This document shows, one piece after another, positions 26,901-41,900 of a DNA stretch of 64,000 bases. Source of the DNA: Lytechinus pictus (Eukaryota); the NCBI RefSeq assembly GCF_037042905.1, contig NC_087250.1:10418001-10482000 (forward strand), given 5' to 3'. Position 1 is the stretch's first letter, and the number at the start of each line of letters is the position of its first letter. The notes beneath the pieces were generated by a model. It searched no databases. It worked only from the letters and a program-made list of their open reading frames with translations, and was not told the origin of the DNA. Made by a program: the position numbers and the translations under genes.

Positions 26901-29900
26901 CATTTACTTTATTTCTTTGTATAACATGTTGTAAATTTTCTTGTATTGCATTGTATCACTTTAAGCACAAATTCTTAGATACCACTTTGATTTTTATCTC
27001 ATCTAAAATATATTATTGATTACATGTATTTATATTTTTAATGTCAGGACCATGATGAAAAACAGTTTTTTAACTGATCCTGAATAACTACATTTGAATA
27101 AATGAATAAATAAATTGAACATCACAAGAGTATTTTGACCGCATGTAACTTACTCCATCAGTTTTGACCTCTGAGGGCCATTTTGGGCACTGTAGAAATA
27201 ACTGACCATTCGCGCAGTTTTGCATGTCTTCATGAACGAACAAACTGATGATCTCTTATCGCCATTTGTTTTTTTCGTATTTTATTATATGAAATTATGT
27301 TCATTCAAATTTTGCACTCCAAGAATCAATAAAACGGATTAGCAATTGATTTAATGCATTGTACATGTATATTCACCATGTTCACTGCTGCAACTGATTG
27401 TATTGCAAGGGAGACAATGGAGACACATGTATGAAAATATGAAATAATTATGATTTCAATTTGTAATAACATGAGAAAAGGAAAATTTGGGACATCAAAT
27501 CATCAACCCACCTGATGAATATTCAAAAGGTTGTGCACACAACTGTTTTCACAAAATATTGTTCAACTTTGAAATTGAATAACTTCATTATTTGGTATCC
27601 GAATTTTATGACATTTTCAGGAGTTTGCTTAGTGAATTTGCTTTATGTATTTAGATGATAATTATTTTCATCCCGGAGTACCCTTTTTAAGTTCAGTATA
27701 ATTAATTTATTCATTTTATATCTAAAACAATGAGTATATAAAGCACACATCAAAATAATATTCTAATGTGATTTATAGAATATTATAAATATGAAAAAAA
27801 ATAAGATAATACAAGTAACATAAATCTGAGTACGATTAGGCTTATATATTAACATAATAAATGAAAACTAAGGCCTTAAACTTAAACGAATATTTGCCTT
27901 TTATAAATAAATTTCGGTTTATACAATATTGTCTCTGTATCATCGGGTTAAAGGGACTTTGATCATACACTGCAAAAACTCCGGTGTTGATTTCCTACCA
28001 GCCCGGAATCTATGTATGCCCACGCCAGAGAAGTATTTAAACAACACCAGTTGGGAATCAAACCGAGGCTGCTTTTAACACTAATTGGTATTGTATTAAC
28101 ACCTATCTGATGTTAGACCAAAACTCAACTGGTGTTATTGTTTAACATTTCTCTGGTGTGGATATAGATTCAAGACTGGTGGTTAATCAACACATGAGTT
28201 TTTGCAGTGTAATAACTGCACCTGACACTTTTCTAGATGAAGTACATTGTAAATCCAGGGATTTACACAAAGGTTAGCGTGCTAGACTTACCACTTGGTA
28301 ATGGACCAACCTGGGATGGCCGAGGGCACGACATTTGCTCCGGCGACAAGTAATCCGGGCTTTATTTCCTCCAAGATATAGGGTTAGGGTTATGGTTGCA
28401 ATAGGGTTTTATGTTGTTAGCTTATAGATTTAGAATACGGTATAGCGTTAAATCCAGCCGAGGATTGAGTTAGTAATTTCGGTAGTGTGTGGACTTTACA
28501 GTCAGACGGCAGGTCCCAAGAAAGTGGCTTCTTTCATCCAAGTGATATTTATGACTTGAGATGTTTTGCATATTTAATGAGCTTGATGCGGACCAAAACA
28601 CCTCTTTTCATTCGGTCATTGCTGCTCTAATTGGGCATCGAATTTCATGAATTTGGTATCATTGTAAAGAAGAAGAATCATTCTTTTAGGTCATGTGTTT
28701 GAATTTATTCAAAGATTTTGTAATATTGGTTGAAATTTTTATCTAAAATATGCTACAAAATGATTATTTTCACCTGACAAAAGCTGATATTTTCACACTT
28801 TATTTTAGTTTGAGCCCAAATGATTTTAGATCATGACAAAGCTGAATATTTATGCTTTAAAATGGAATAGATTTCAAAATAAGAATTGGTTTAATCGGGT
28901 CAAGATCACACTTTTCATTGGCCAAGTACATAAAGCATAAAGCAGCTTTAAAACAAGAATACTGCACTCTGATTGGTCAAAGAGACCACACACTGGCAAA
29001 TTCCAACGGCTCCAGTGCCCGGGTTCATGGGAAGGTCACACTTCCCATGTGGTAATCTCCTCAAATACCCCGCGCCTGTTGTTCTGTGAATCTTATCCAG
29101 CCAATCAGAACTCTGGATTTCATGCAAGTAAAACAATTCAGAAATCTCGTCTTGTACCTTGGTGGGAAAAGTGTGATCTTGACCCGATTAAATGGTGCTG
29201 CAAATCAAGAGTGGCATTGTGAGAAAGTACAGAAGTTCAGCTTTATGGTGATATAGATATCATTGAGGCTCAAAATAAAAAGTTTTGCACAATTTGCAAA
29301 AGAAAACAGAGAAAGATAATTCAGTTTGAGGCACATTTTCAGGTCAGAAATTTACTTATTTAACAAAATATGGTATACAAAATAAATGACCAATATGAAA
29401 GAGTAACATTTACTCTATCTGATGGTGCAATAATATTTCATTTAACTTGAGATTAAAACAGGTAAATTCTTAGAGAAAGAAAATCTCACGAATCACGAGA
29501 TTTTGCAAGAAGAAGGATTCAGCCACGTGATGATTTGGATGAATCTGGCCTTTTTGCTCATTAGCATATGGACCTGCGGTCTGACTGTTTACAGCGGAGC
29601 AAAATTTTCATGGAACCAACCGGTGAAGGGGACAATTTGTGCTGATCGCGAATTCCCATTTCTGTTTGGTCTCTCTCTCTCTCTCTCTTAGGTTGTCGAT
29701 CCGATCAGTTCCAATGCTACGACGGTCAATGTATACCAGGTTCTTGGATATGTGATAATGACAACGACTGTAGATATGGCGAGGACGAATACAATTGTGG
29801 TGGTAAGACCTCAAAAAAAGTTCCAAGTTTCTGTTTCATTTGTGTCATGAAAAAAAATGGAACAAACCTAAATATCGATCTGTTATCAAGTTTCTACAGC

Positions 29901-32900
29901 TGGGAGGCATGGCCCTAGTCTGCAGGCACAGACCCTGATTGGAACTTTGATCGACAAGCGTGTCTCCACGCTAAAACTAGCACATACAACACTTGCTGTA
30001 GAGGGCCTTCAGCAGAGACTCCAACCCCTAGCACCTTCTGATCTGGAGATTCTCCCGCCTGGATCCCCAAGCAAACTGGAGACTCCAACTTGATTAGCGC
30101 GAAGCGCACATCACGAGCGCGAAGTCCTTTGTTGCCGGGGTGTAGGGCCCACTTAAGGGCCCTGGAAGCTCTAGGATCCTAGATGCTCTACCAAGCTATC
30201 TCAGGCTAATTTTCAATATATGATGGCTCTAAGTAAATAACAATTCAATTAATCAAATCATACATTTTGGTTTTATAAAACTTCTTTTCATATATCATTA
30301 TTCATGCATGCATATGAAACTGATAAGCATCTATAAAACCATACATTTTTGCGATATCATTATTCGTATCAACCAGTAAAGACATAATAAATACTACCTC
30401 ACCTTAAATTGACATTTCCATATCCATCTTGTCTCATCTGGGGCCTGTTTTTTAAAGGACTTACACGTAACTTTGCCACAATGGCAACTACCATGGTAAA
30501 AGGACTCATCCGCCAATCATAATCAAGGTTTCCATGGTAGTTGCCCTAATCATGATAATGGCAAAGTTACAACAGTTGCAAGTCCTTTATGAAACGGACC
30601 CATGATGATGATCTCTGGAGTAAAATTGCTTAAAGTTGGTTATCAGCAATTTTACTGATTCTCTAATTATTTCACTTGGTATTCCTAAAAAACCAAAATG
30701 AAGGAATTTCCTCACTTTTTACATTCTAATTATATATAGTCATCAATTCATGTCATGTTATCAATTTTTTAATTGGTATAATATATGCAACGTAATAGGA
30801 GGGCCTATAGGAGGGATGATGCTATCTAGATAGCTCGCGCCCGCTAAATAACGAGATTGCGCACAGCTTTGACGCTCTAGTTACCTTGAAATCTGCTTAG
30901 ATATGAAAATTCAATTGTAGTTTTTAAAAAAAGGCGTTTGGGCGGGAGAAAGATCATTTTTAGGGGAAGAAAAATACATCTTAAGTGGGAGAAACAGAGC
31001 CTGGGCGGGAGATATTAAATCTCAAGTGGGAGAACGGGAGAGTTGGAGTCTCTGCTTCAGTACACAAGGCATGAGTAGGCTGCAATTCAGACCCTTTATT
31101 CGAGTGAAGGGTTTGCACAGCAGACTAGCATGGCCCCAGCTGAGACTTGGAACTCTTTGATTAGGGTAACCCCCGTAACCCATCCAATTTCTTGGAACGA
31201 TTTGCGACATTATCACCGTGAGACCAAGGAGGAGTCAAAACAATGGGAGCATCCCACGTCATCAACCCCAACGAAGGCCGACACAAGTTCGTCCATATTT
31301 CATTATAGACTTTAATGATTCAGGAACCTGTAGAATAAGACTAAATATTGGACACAATGCTGTGTTCTAAGAAATATAAAAGATTTCATTGACCAAATTT
31401 TGTTTTCACATCATAATCCGTTTTATGTGTTAGGCTCAAAACTTTTCAGTCGCCCCTCGTGTTTCGTTTTAGTTCAGCAGGGTAGCCCCATCAGCAATTG
31501 GGATACTAATTGGGGTAATAATAATAATAACATTGCGCCTCAGAATAGAGTGTTTCTAGATAGAGGGCGCTATACAAATGCCTATTATTATTATCATTAT
31601 GGGGCCCTGCAAAAAGACATAGAGGTACAAATATTGAGAAATAAACAGAAGATGCTTGAATATAATTTAATTTCGAATACAAAATAGTTTAATTGATAAG
31701 GATTAATATCATTTCGGTCTTTTGTCTTTTCAAAAACAGATTACACAACGAGTTCCCCCTGGAGACCGTGGACTACCGAGTCTAATAGTAAGTATAGATC
31801 AACGAACGTCGAGGGCAGCGAAACTGCAAAATTTTGATGCCCTCCACGTTCGTTGCTAAAGAAGACAATTTTTTTACTTAAGATTTATATTCTACACCAT
31901 TATTATTATTATCATTATTCATGCTTATATATGTAAAAGGAGATGCTCGCCATGCCGAAAAAATTGGTTTTAATAAAAGCATACATAAAAAAGAAAATAC
32001 CCGGGGGAAAATATTGGTCAAGGTCTACTGAATCCATCACAGATAAAGAGATATATGAATATTCATACTTAATGTATGCCGTCATTTGAGACCAGCTCTC
32101 CTATCTTACATGTGATGCACATTTCATAAATTTTTTTTTCGAGAAGCATGAACAAAAACATTTTGTCGAAGCTATAGAAGGTAGTTTGGAATGATGTGAT
32201 AGATGATTTTTCTAGGCCTTTACAAATAAAATGATAAAATTAACTTCATATTTTTTTATATTTATTAATCAGAAATTTGCATTTTGGGAAATGAATATTA
32301 TACGACATAAGGAGGAACTAATCGTCGCTTTACAAATAAATTGCTTTATTATTCTTTAGGTGATTTTCATCAAATTTCCTCCAGTTTTTCCCACTTTTCA
32401 AGTACCAACTTATCGACAGGGTGAATTTCCTCTTTAAAGACAATATTTATCCGTGGCGAAAAATGAACCAGTCATTTTTCATTTCATTGCTTCCCACTTG
32501 ATGAAAAAGGAAGTTAAATTTGTTTATATACGAGATCCAACGATAAAACATTTTTTTTAAGGTCAGTGTTTGTTTTGTAATCAATAAATATCTCAGGATT
32601 CTATGAAAGAAAATAATAACACCTAACAGCCTTGTGGAACACTTCTCAGCCTTATTACACTTTAAGATGAATTGGTCACTATTAAGTAAATGTAGTGGCG
32701 CATGCTGTTGAACATGAAACTTAACTTCTCTTTCTATACATTATTTCCATTAAAATTTTAGATTTGCCACCATGGACAACAGGGTCATCCGGTATGTAAA
32801 CAAAGTTCATGTGATATAATACTTCAGTTATTTTAATTGTTGATCATTGATCATCAAGGTTGCTTTTGCATATCCGTCGCTCGAGTTATAAGATGAATAT

Positions 32901-35900
32901 TTTAAGTGAATATTTATCCTCAGTCGAAGTATACCATCCATTAGCACTATGTGGATTAACCTTCAGATAACCTTACTATGTATTGAAATCATCGTTGGCT
33001 GGAGGACAGGAAGATAAAACCCCTTATTATGACCGTTCGGATCCCCCAAACAATAAATTAAATATCGTTTGGTTTGTATTCATCATAGTCTAAGGATTAC
33101 AGCAGAAAAGATGTGGTGACATTGCACAGCCTTGCGGAAGACCTCTCCTTTTATCTTCCACATGAAACTTGAATTTAATATGGTCAAGATATGAAATATC
33201 TTAGGTCACAGATGGTTTTAAACGTAAGAGCAGAACGCATGCAAGAACACAGTAAATGTATTGACACTGCAAGGTCGCGAGGTCTTTGTCAAGAATTGTC
33301 GAACCGGAAAAGCAGTTTCGTCCTGAGTTTTGGAGGTGACAAAAATTTGTCCAGATTCCTGAACATAACAGCTGTTTTCACGGTATCATGACATCATGAC
33401 ATCCAGCGACATTTGCTCTGGTCTTAATATCTCAGAGAGCATAGGGTTAGATTTAGGATTGTAATTATAGTTTTTTGTTCAGAATAATACAAAGCTAGGG
33501 ACTAGGTTTATTCAGGTTTGAGGGTTAGGTGTCATGTTTGGCTTAACGTGCATATTTTCCATCGGAGCGATTGTCGCCGGAGCAAATGTCATGGAACCAT
33601 TTTGATTCACCTAGTTTTCGACAAAGACTTCAAGGTTTTTGTTTTGTGATGAAGGAAATTTGACAATGTATTTTCTTTGTTCGTGAATCCGTCATGCGTT
33701 GTGGAGCGAAAAGTACCTAATTAAAATCCCCTTTCTGACTTGTAAAAGTCTCTGTCTGCCCGGTTGCAAATCTTTAGTGAGGTGTTGGCGAGCTAGGAAT
33801 ATCACCGTCTGGCATGAGGCTAAATGGGAAGTAGGCGAAATGGATGTATACCAATCGACAATTTACTTTTCTCTTTTCTCTCTCTTTCTCTTAGCTTGTG
33901 GATCCGATCAGTTCCAATGCTACAACGGTAATTGTATTCCAGGCTCCTGGCAATGTGATTATATCAACGATTGCTCATATAACGAGGACGAACAAAATTG
34001 TGGTGGTACGATCTCTTATGATTACTCTATATAAATATAAAGAAATACATAAATAAATAAATAAATATATATATATGTATTATATATATATATATGTATA
34101 TACATGTACATATACATACATATATATACATATATATATATAGGTATATAGTATAGTAATAGGGTGGAGCGAGTTGCTTAGATTTTAGTTGTACAGACTG
34201 TTTCCCCCTGAGGGTTCATCAGCAACAATATATAGGTATATATACCTATATATAGGTATATATATATTCATACATACATATACATATGTATATGTAATAT
34301 ATATATATATATGTCGTTTGATTTCAGCAGGTTAGCCCCATCATTAATTGAGATACTATTGTACACGGGGGCCCTGCATAACATAAAAACACATAGAAAC
34401 ACAAATATATAGAAATTTAGAGATGATACTGGAATATAGTTTAGTTTCGAATACAATATAATTTAAGTGATAAGGATTTATGTCATTTTTTTCTTCTTTT
34501 TTTTGTAGAATACACGACATATTCATGGCCACCCTGGGAACCGGAGCCTACCGAGTCTTATGGTAAGTATAAATAAACGAACGTTGAGGGCAGCAAGACT
34601 GCAAATTTTTGACGCCATCTACGTTCGTTGGTAAGATGAAGACTATTACACGTAAAGTTGGAGACTCACCATGCCGATAAATTAGTTTTAATAAATAACA
34701 AAACAGATTTACTGTATAGAGGAAAATAAAGGTGATGGTTTTATGAACCCATTACGGAATGGAGAGATGAATTTTTATTATGCTTGACGTCATGTGCGAC
34801 AACCTCTCCTATATTACATGGGATGCACATTTCATGAATTCCACTTTTTTGTTTTCATGAAACATGAATACAAAAAAAATTGTTGAAGCTGTAGAAGGTA
34901 GTTTGGAATGATGACTTGTGTCGGGTGATTTATCTAGGCCTTTACAAATGAAATGAGCTTCATATTTTTTAAAGTGTATTTATTTATTAGAAATGTTCAT
35001 TTTATGGAATTAATACTATACACGAAATAAGGAGGAGCTGATCGTCGCTTTTTAAATTAATTGTTGTATTATTCTTTAGGTGATTTTCATACAAAAAATA
35101 TTATAAAATCTCATGCATTCCCGTTTTTAAGTTAATAGCTCAATTATTGTTCGCTACTGCTCCTGCACCTACACTGAACCCACATATACAATAATATTGT
35201 GTACAATTATTACGAGGCCGCCGCCATTATCAAGTTTAGTCGCTCACGATGGCGGTCTCCAGCATTCATTTCAATTACCATTTTGTTAAATGAATAATAC
35301 AGTTCGTTGGTATTTATTTTCATTGCTTATATTACTCTTTAGTGTACTGTTGATTTGTTCTGTAAAACCTTTCTATGTGTTATGTTCCGGGGTTAAGATG
35401 TACACCCATCCTGCTGTTATTATTATTTATTATTATTATTATTATTATCATTATCGTTATTGTTATTCATGTACAGAAGTACATATAATATTTTCCTTCC
35501 TCGATGGAGTTATCCAACGAATAGCATTTTGCCCGAAGCGCACAGCGCTGAGGGAAAATATTCTCCCGAGAAGAATATACAACTTCGGAGCAGTGTCGCC
35601 AGGTTCATGCTGAAGAAAATGCCCAAATCCCCAGATTTCCAAATAAATTCAGATAAAAGTCGGGACTGTTACTGCCCCAAAAATAGTTTATGGACTGTGT
35701 GTTCTCCTACACTGAACATGATAACAAATGGCCTTTTCACACGTGAATCTTGAATCATCATTGTAATGATGATCCGCCATTCGTCTTTATAATCATCGGA
35801 CCTTTCACACGCTCACTCGAACACTGATTTGAATTCGAATTCCCGAGCGAAGGCGGTATGTGTCCTTGGTGACATGTCAATCAAAGCACTGCATCGCAAA

Positions 35901-38900
35901 TACAATGCACTTCCTTTTATTTCCGTGATACAATGCTTAAAAGTTCACGTAATTAAGCTCCGCCCTATGATGTTTTGGAGGTCAAGCTTTTCACACGTAC
36001 AATTCGTATCGTAATTTGCGTTAATCTTAACTGGAATTAACCTCCGGAGTAGAATTTGAATTCGTGATTGTGATTAGCGTTCGTGATTCTAATAATGTTC
36101 TAATATGGTTTCACACGTGCTAAAAATACGTCATTGGCTTTATTTTCCACTGCATGGAATCATCAATTTTTTTTACCGTGTGAAAGGGTGGAATATAAGT
36201 GTTGCCAATCTCAAATGACAAAAAAATCAAAGACTGCAAATTCCGGATTCAGGTTCGCGAAATATGTTTTTGAGCTGTCGGTGGAAACACTGATTCTCTC
36301 TTTTTGGTTTAACTTTTAAAGGTTGCATGCCCGACGAATTCAGATGTTCCAATGGTTCTTGTATACCTCATTATTGGATTTGTGATCATTTCACCGATTG
36401 TCCCAACGACGAAGATGAGGAGGATTGCGGTGAGTTTGAGTTGGTTTACTACTATCTTTATTTTTTGTTAATTTAGAGAAAAACAATAGTGTTAATCTTG
36501 GTATAGGGTACTCAGCCGAGCAAGGAGTTTCACTCACCTGCGTATGCTCGAGGCAGCATAATATATTCAGCTAACTGACCCTATTCTCTGCCGCCAGATG
36601 TTCGAAAGAACCTTTGCGTTATTTTAGTTACTTTGCTTCAATTTACGGCTGTATTAAAATCCTATGTCTACCTTGACAGCTAATCACAGCTCGTCTATTA
36701 ATTTGTTTTCTCCTCCATTGATATTAGTCATAATACATTTTTGAAATATATTTAATGTGTATAAATAGTGACGATGGTTACTTTTTGAGGAACGTGTCAC
36801 ACATGAATTTGGTGTAATACCATATAATATACAGCAAACAGCGTTGTAAAAAGTTTAAATAGCTTTTTTTGCGTGAATGCTTTATCATTCTTTTTTATGA
36901 AAGATTGAAATATATACCATTTACACATATACGTATCCATGTCTTGCAAAAATAGACCCTCTTTCCCAATTTTGGCAACCTACTTACCCTTTCCATTAGG
37001 ATGTATGTTTAATGCCCTGGAAAGCGAGGGGGTAATGCGTACACTGCAAAAACTCCGGTGTTGATTTATTACCAGCCCGGAATCTATATATGTCCACACC
37101 AGAGGAGTGTTAAACAACACCAGTTTCGTTTTGGTCTAAGACCAGATAGGTGTTTATACAACACTAATTAGTATTGAAACAGCATCGGTTTGATTCCAAA
37201 CTGGTGTTGTTTCAATACTTCTCCGGTGTGGACACATATAGATTTCGGGCTGGTGTTAAATCAACACCGGAGTTTTTGCAGTGTATATTATTTACCATAC
37301 TAGGCAGCACTCCTCCCCCACCCCCGCTCCGGAAATCAGGATGGTACTCTTAAATATAGAAATTTAATTAAAATAACCTTCATTTTTCGAGCGGATGCTT
37401 TTTTGTTGTCAATTTCTTTCCCAAGCCAGCACACCCTCTTCAAAAAATGTTCCCGGCATTACCCTGTGGCAGTGCCCCCCACCTTTTTCCAAGACATGCC
37501 GCTATTTCCCAAACGACATTTATTTATTTATTTATTTATTCATTTATCTATTTATTTATTTATTCATTTATCTACTCATTTATTTATTCATTTATTCATT
37601 TAATTATTTATTCATTCGTGTTTTCTTTATAAAAAGCAGGGTAGTCCCTTCTTTACAAGGGAGCCCTGCTATCATTAAAATTCGAACATCATACAATCAT
37701 AATTATAACAAAACAATTAAAATACACAATACAAAAATAATATATATACATAAAACAATGGGAGGAATAAGGCCCATACATATGACAAACGTAGTGTAGG
37801 TAAGGTTATGTCGTCCAAAATACATGTTTTATGTCAATTTCTTTCTTTCCATCATAAAAGACAGAAAATAGTAGGGGGACATTTGATATGGTGCCCCCTA
37901 CTATTTTGGGTAGGGGGGACACGTCCCCCTGTCCCCCCCTGGAATTTCCGCCCATGCTGGTAACAAATTGAATAGTTTGCTGCTGGAAAGGACTGTTTTT
38001 TATACTCGGTTCTTGGTTTTGCGAGATACATGTTGGTAGAGTAGGCGGCTGTAGGCCTACACCTTTTTAAGATCTGGGACCGGCAACACAAAGGTTATTG
38101 ATTAATCTCTAAATGAAATAGCCTATCAAGATCATCGTTGCATGCGCGTTTTGCTTAGTAGACCGACCAGGAACCAATCAGAATGTTTCTTTCAAATTAG
38201 CGATTAATCGTTCATCTGTAAGCCACGGGGCTCTGAATTTTTCAATAAAGAAATATTCAAATAAATTCAATTAAACATTAATTTTCTTCCGATTGACATG
38301 TCATCCATTTTTCATGCAGAATATACAAATCAATAATACATCATTAATATAGTACAAAAAACAATGAATATAAAATACAGTAGGCCTATGCAAATTATGT
38401 ACATGGAAATAGGCGTAAAAACCCCGAAAGCAAGTGCTTGTGTCGGGATTCGCCTGTAAAAGTATAATTATGTCTAAACAACAATTTTGAAAAAATAAAA
38501 ATTCCAATGGTTCGCGGCATGGGTTAATAAGGGCCAACTTAATGTAAAAGACGTAAATAAACTAGACAACTTTGAGGTTACGTGTAACTGTCTTTAATAA
38601 CCATGGCCAAGAGACCAAGACTAGGTGGCGCGCTTACACTTTGCGCTTGCAACATCGAATCATCATTATAATGCTAGCGTCGATTTTTGTTTTTGTCCAT
38701 AGATTACCCCACACCAAACCCTGCAGGCTATTTCGAATGCCCAGAAGGCACTATCATACCTAGCAGCGACCAATGCAACGGATACGTGGACTGCTCAGAT
38801 CACTCTGACGAAGCGTTTTGTGGACCGAGTAAGATTTTTATTTTATACAGGAGTTTCTGCATTTTATTCATAAATCAATAACAAGTGAAAAAAAACCTTT

Positions 38901-41900
38901 ATACAATAACAATGACATAAATGAGTACATTTTTTGTGTGACAATCGAAAATATAAATAATGTATAAGACTGAAAACTACATGAATGAAGCATGTAAAAT
39001 AATAAGTTGGGTAAACATGCAGGGGCCAGCTATAATAAGCAGTTACACTGCTTGAAACAATAGCAGACGTAAGGACGGTACATATCCTTAATAGGTTAGA
39101 GATATATATTTCGATAAAATGATGTCACGAAGTAAAAAGTATGAAAGTTTAGATTTTCTTGTGGGGAGAGATAAGATAAGATTTACAATAGGGCATTTTC
39201 GCAATCACTACATAGACGCTTTCTATAACGCAGAGAATATGTTGTCAAAAGCCCTGGCCCGTATTCTGAAGTCGGGTTTAACTTAAACTCAGGTTTAAAG
39301 TTGTGGTTTAAGTATGGGAAGCCAAAAGTATCAAATTTTTTATTAAGTTGTATGTTTCTTATGTTTACTGAGCTCTTTCCTGATTCATCGATGGTGAAGA
39401 CAATCATCTATTTATACTTCCTACACAATTATGAATGATTTGAGAGCCGAATGAGCTGAAGTATGATATCTCTACTGTTAGTGATTATGTAACAATTGGC
39501 TGTCCATACTTAAACCACAACTTTAAACCTGAGTTTAAGTTAAACCCGACTTCAGAATACGGGCCCCTGTGTCGCCCAAGACTCTGACTGAACAAACGAC
39601 ATGATTATGTGCGGTATTTTGTCCGGTCCGAATATGAAGACGATGTGCTGTCCCGGTCCAACAACTTTCGACAAAGACCTCTGATCTGTCTATTGTGATT
39701 TGACGGGCATTTTCAATAGATTCTGAACGATACAGAAAGATTCTAAGAAAGGGGATGTTAAACCCCGGGGGGCCACTTACATTGACGAGTGAATACCATG
39801 CGCGACCAAAAAAACACGTAAAAAGGATGTCTTTTTCAAGATAGGGCACGTTACGTACGTAACTTGATAAGGGTGTCAAAACACAAAAATAATGAAAAAA
39901 GGGTATCTATTCCGCTATGAAAGGTACGTGTTTAGGGTCAAATTTTCGGGGATGATAAAACAAAATTAAAATGCTTCATAAAGGATGCCCTTTTTGCCCC
40001 AACACTACATGTGTAGGGTCCGATTTGCGAGAGGTGTGGAAGGTGGAGCCGTAGGCCTACTAAACCAAATGGTGTGTAAAGGTAAAACAATAAAATATCG
40101 CTGTACTTGTTTAGGGGTTAATTTCAGAGAATACTTGCCAAGAGTATCGTTTTGTTTCCAATACTTGATAGGGTAGGGTTTCAGACGCCAATACTTGTTA
40201 AGGGGTGCATTTTCAGAATATGAAAAATACGTGTTTAGGGTGCTTTTCGAGACCCCATGGTCGTGCATGGTATCCACTCGTCAATGGAAGTGGCCCGGGA
40301 TGTTAAAATAGGCTATTTAGTGCATTCAGTCATTACGTAACATTCAAGAAGGGAATATGTCTCTTACCATGCTAGGATTTGGTTTGGTTTTATTTACCGC
40401 ATAAAAATCACAATAAAATACATTTCACAAGATATTAGATTAAATATAAATATATAAACATGCACATAAAAATATACGGATGGATCACTCTATTCAGAGC
40501 CATTGATATAATGGCTGTGTTCTTCCTAGAGGTCCAGTCAAGGTAATCAAAGTAACGAAGTTAATCCTAGTGATATAATTGGTTGTGCAGCCCACTATTA
40601 TTATCATTATTATTAATAATATCATTATCATTATTATTTTTATATGTTATAATTCTAATATTGTTGTTATCATTATTATCATCATCATCATAATTATTAG
40701 TATTATATCATGCGTTATTATACCGTTTTAAAGCAAGTGAAAACATTTTGAAATCTTTTGGAAATAATATTGAAAACATTTTCAGCATACTGGGTCCCTT
40801 TATCGACTTTATGATGGTGTACATGATTCAGTCTTTAAAAAGTGGATTATTTTTATTGAAAATATCTGAACAATGGTTTTATTTTACATGCTGATGGGGG
40901 TAATTTAAATTTACATTTTCTCAGCTTGCCAATGGTATGAAGAATTCGAATGCGCGGATGGCATGTGCATTTCGAGCGACCAGTTCTGCGATGGCGTCAA
41001 CGACTGCCCATTATATGGCGAGGACGAGTGGTATTGCGGTAAGCATTGAAGTCCCTCTAAAGTGGGTTATTTCCGATTCGTCTAGTTCCAATTCGTCCAA
41101 TTGCCAACTTGTCTACTATGATTTGGTCTACCATCAGTTCGTCCACTATCCACATGGTCTAATTGCCAATTCGTCGACTCATCGTTTCGTCTAATAATCA
41201 GTTGGTCCAATAGTCATTTAGTCCATATACCACTTGGTCTAATTGGACTAAGTGTTCATTGTGGAAGATGAATTAAAATAAAATTGATATTATACCAACT
41301 AGTTATGAGACGAAATGGTCATAGTCGAAATGGTGATTAGACGAAGTGATGATTGGACCAAATGGTTATTGGATCAAACTGTTGTTAGACGAAATGTTGA
41401 TGGACGGAATGGCACTATACTAAATGAAAGAAGACCATGTGGTGGGTGGACGAGTTGGCAATTTACCCTCTAAAGTTTTGTGACGTCGTTGGATTAAAGT
41501 CCATTACGACGTTTTCAAAACCCTTTGCGACGTTACTTAAAACCCATTATAACGTTATTAAAAGCCAATTAGAAAGAAAAATTCGATGTAAACATACTTG
41601 ATGAGGAGAGTTGTCTGAAACACAGAACTTTGCTTCTTATTGACATATCTTTATGAATTGCATTAGAGAAACAGAAAATTGTCGAAAAAAAAAACAACAG
41701 GAGTTAAAGAATCTATTTTAGTCATGTAAAAGTCTTTTTGAACAAGGTCTGTTGTGAATCAGAAACAGGGAAATAAAAATTATGCACATAATAATCTCAA
41801 TGTATTTCAATCAGTAGGCCTATATTCGGCGTGCATCGAATCGAAGTAAGTGCAGTTTGAACAATGAATGCTGACGAAAACAAGGCTTCAAATAATTAAT

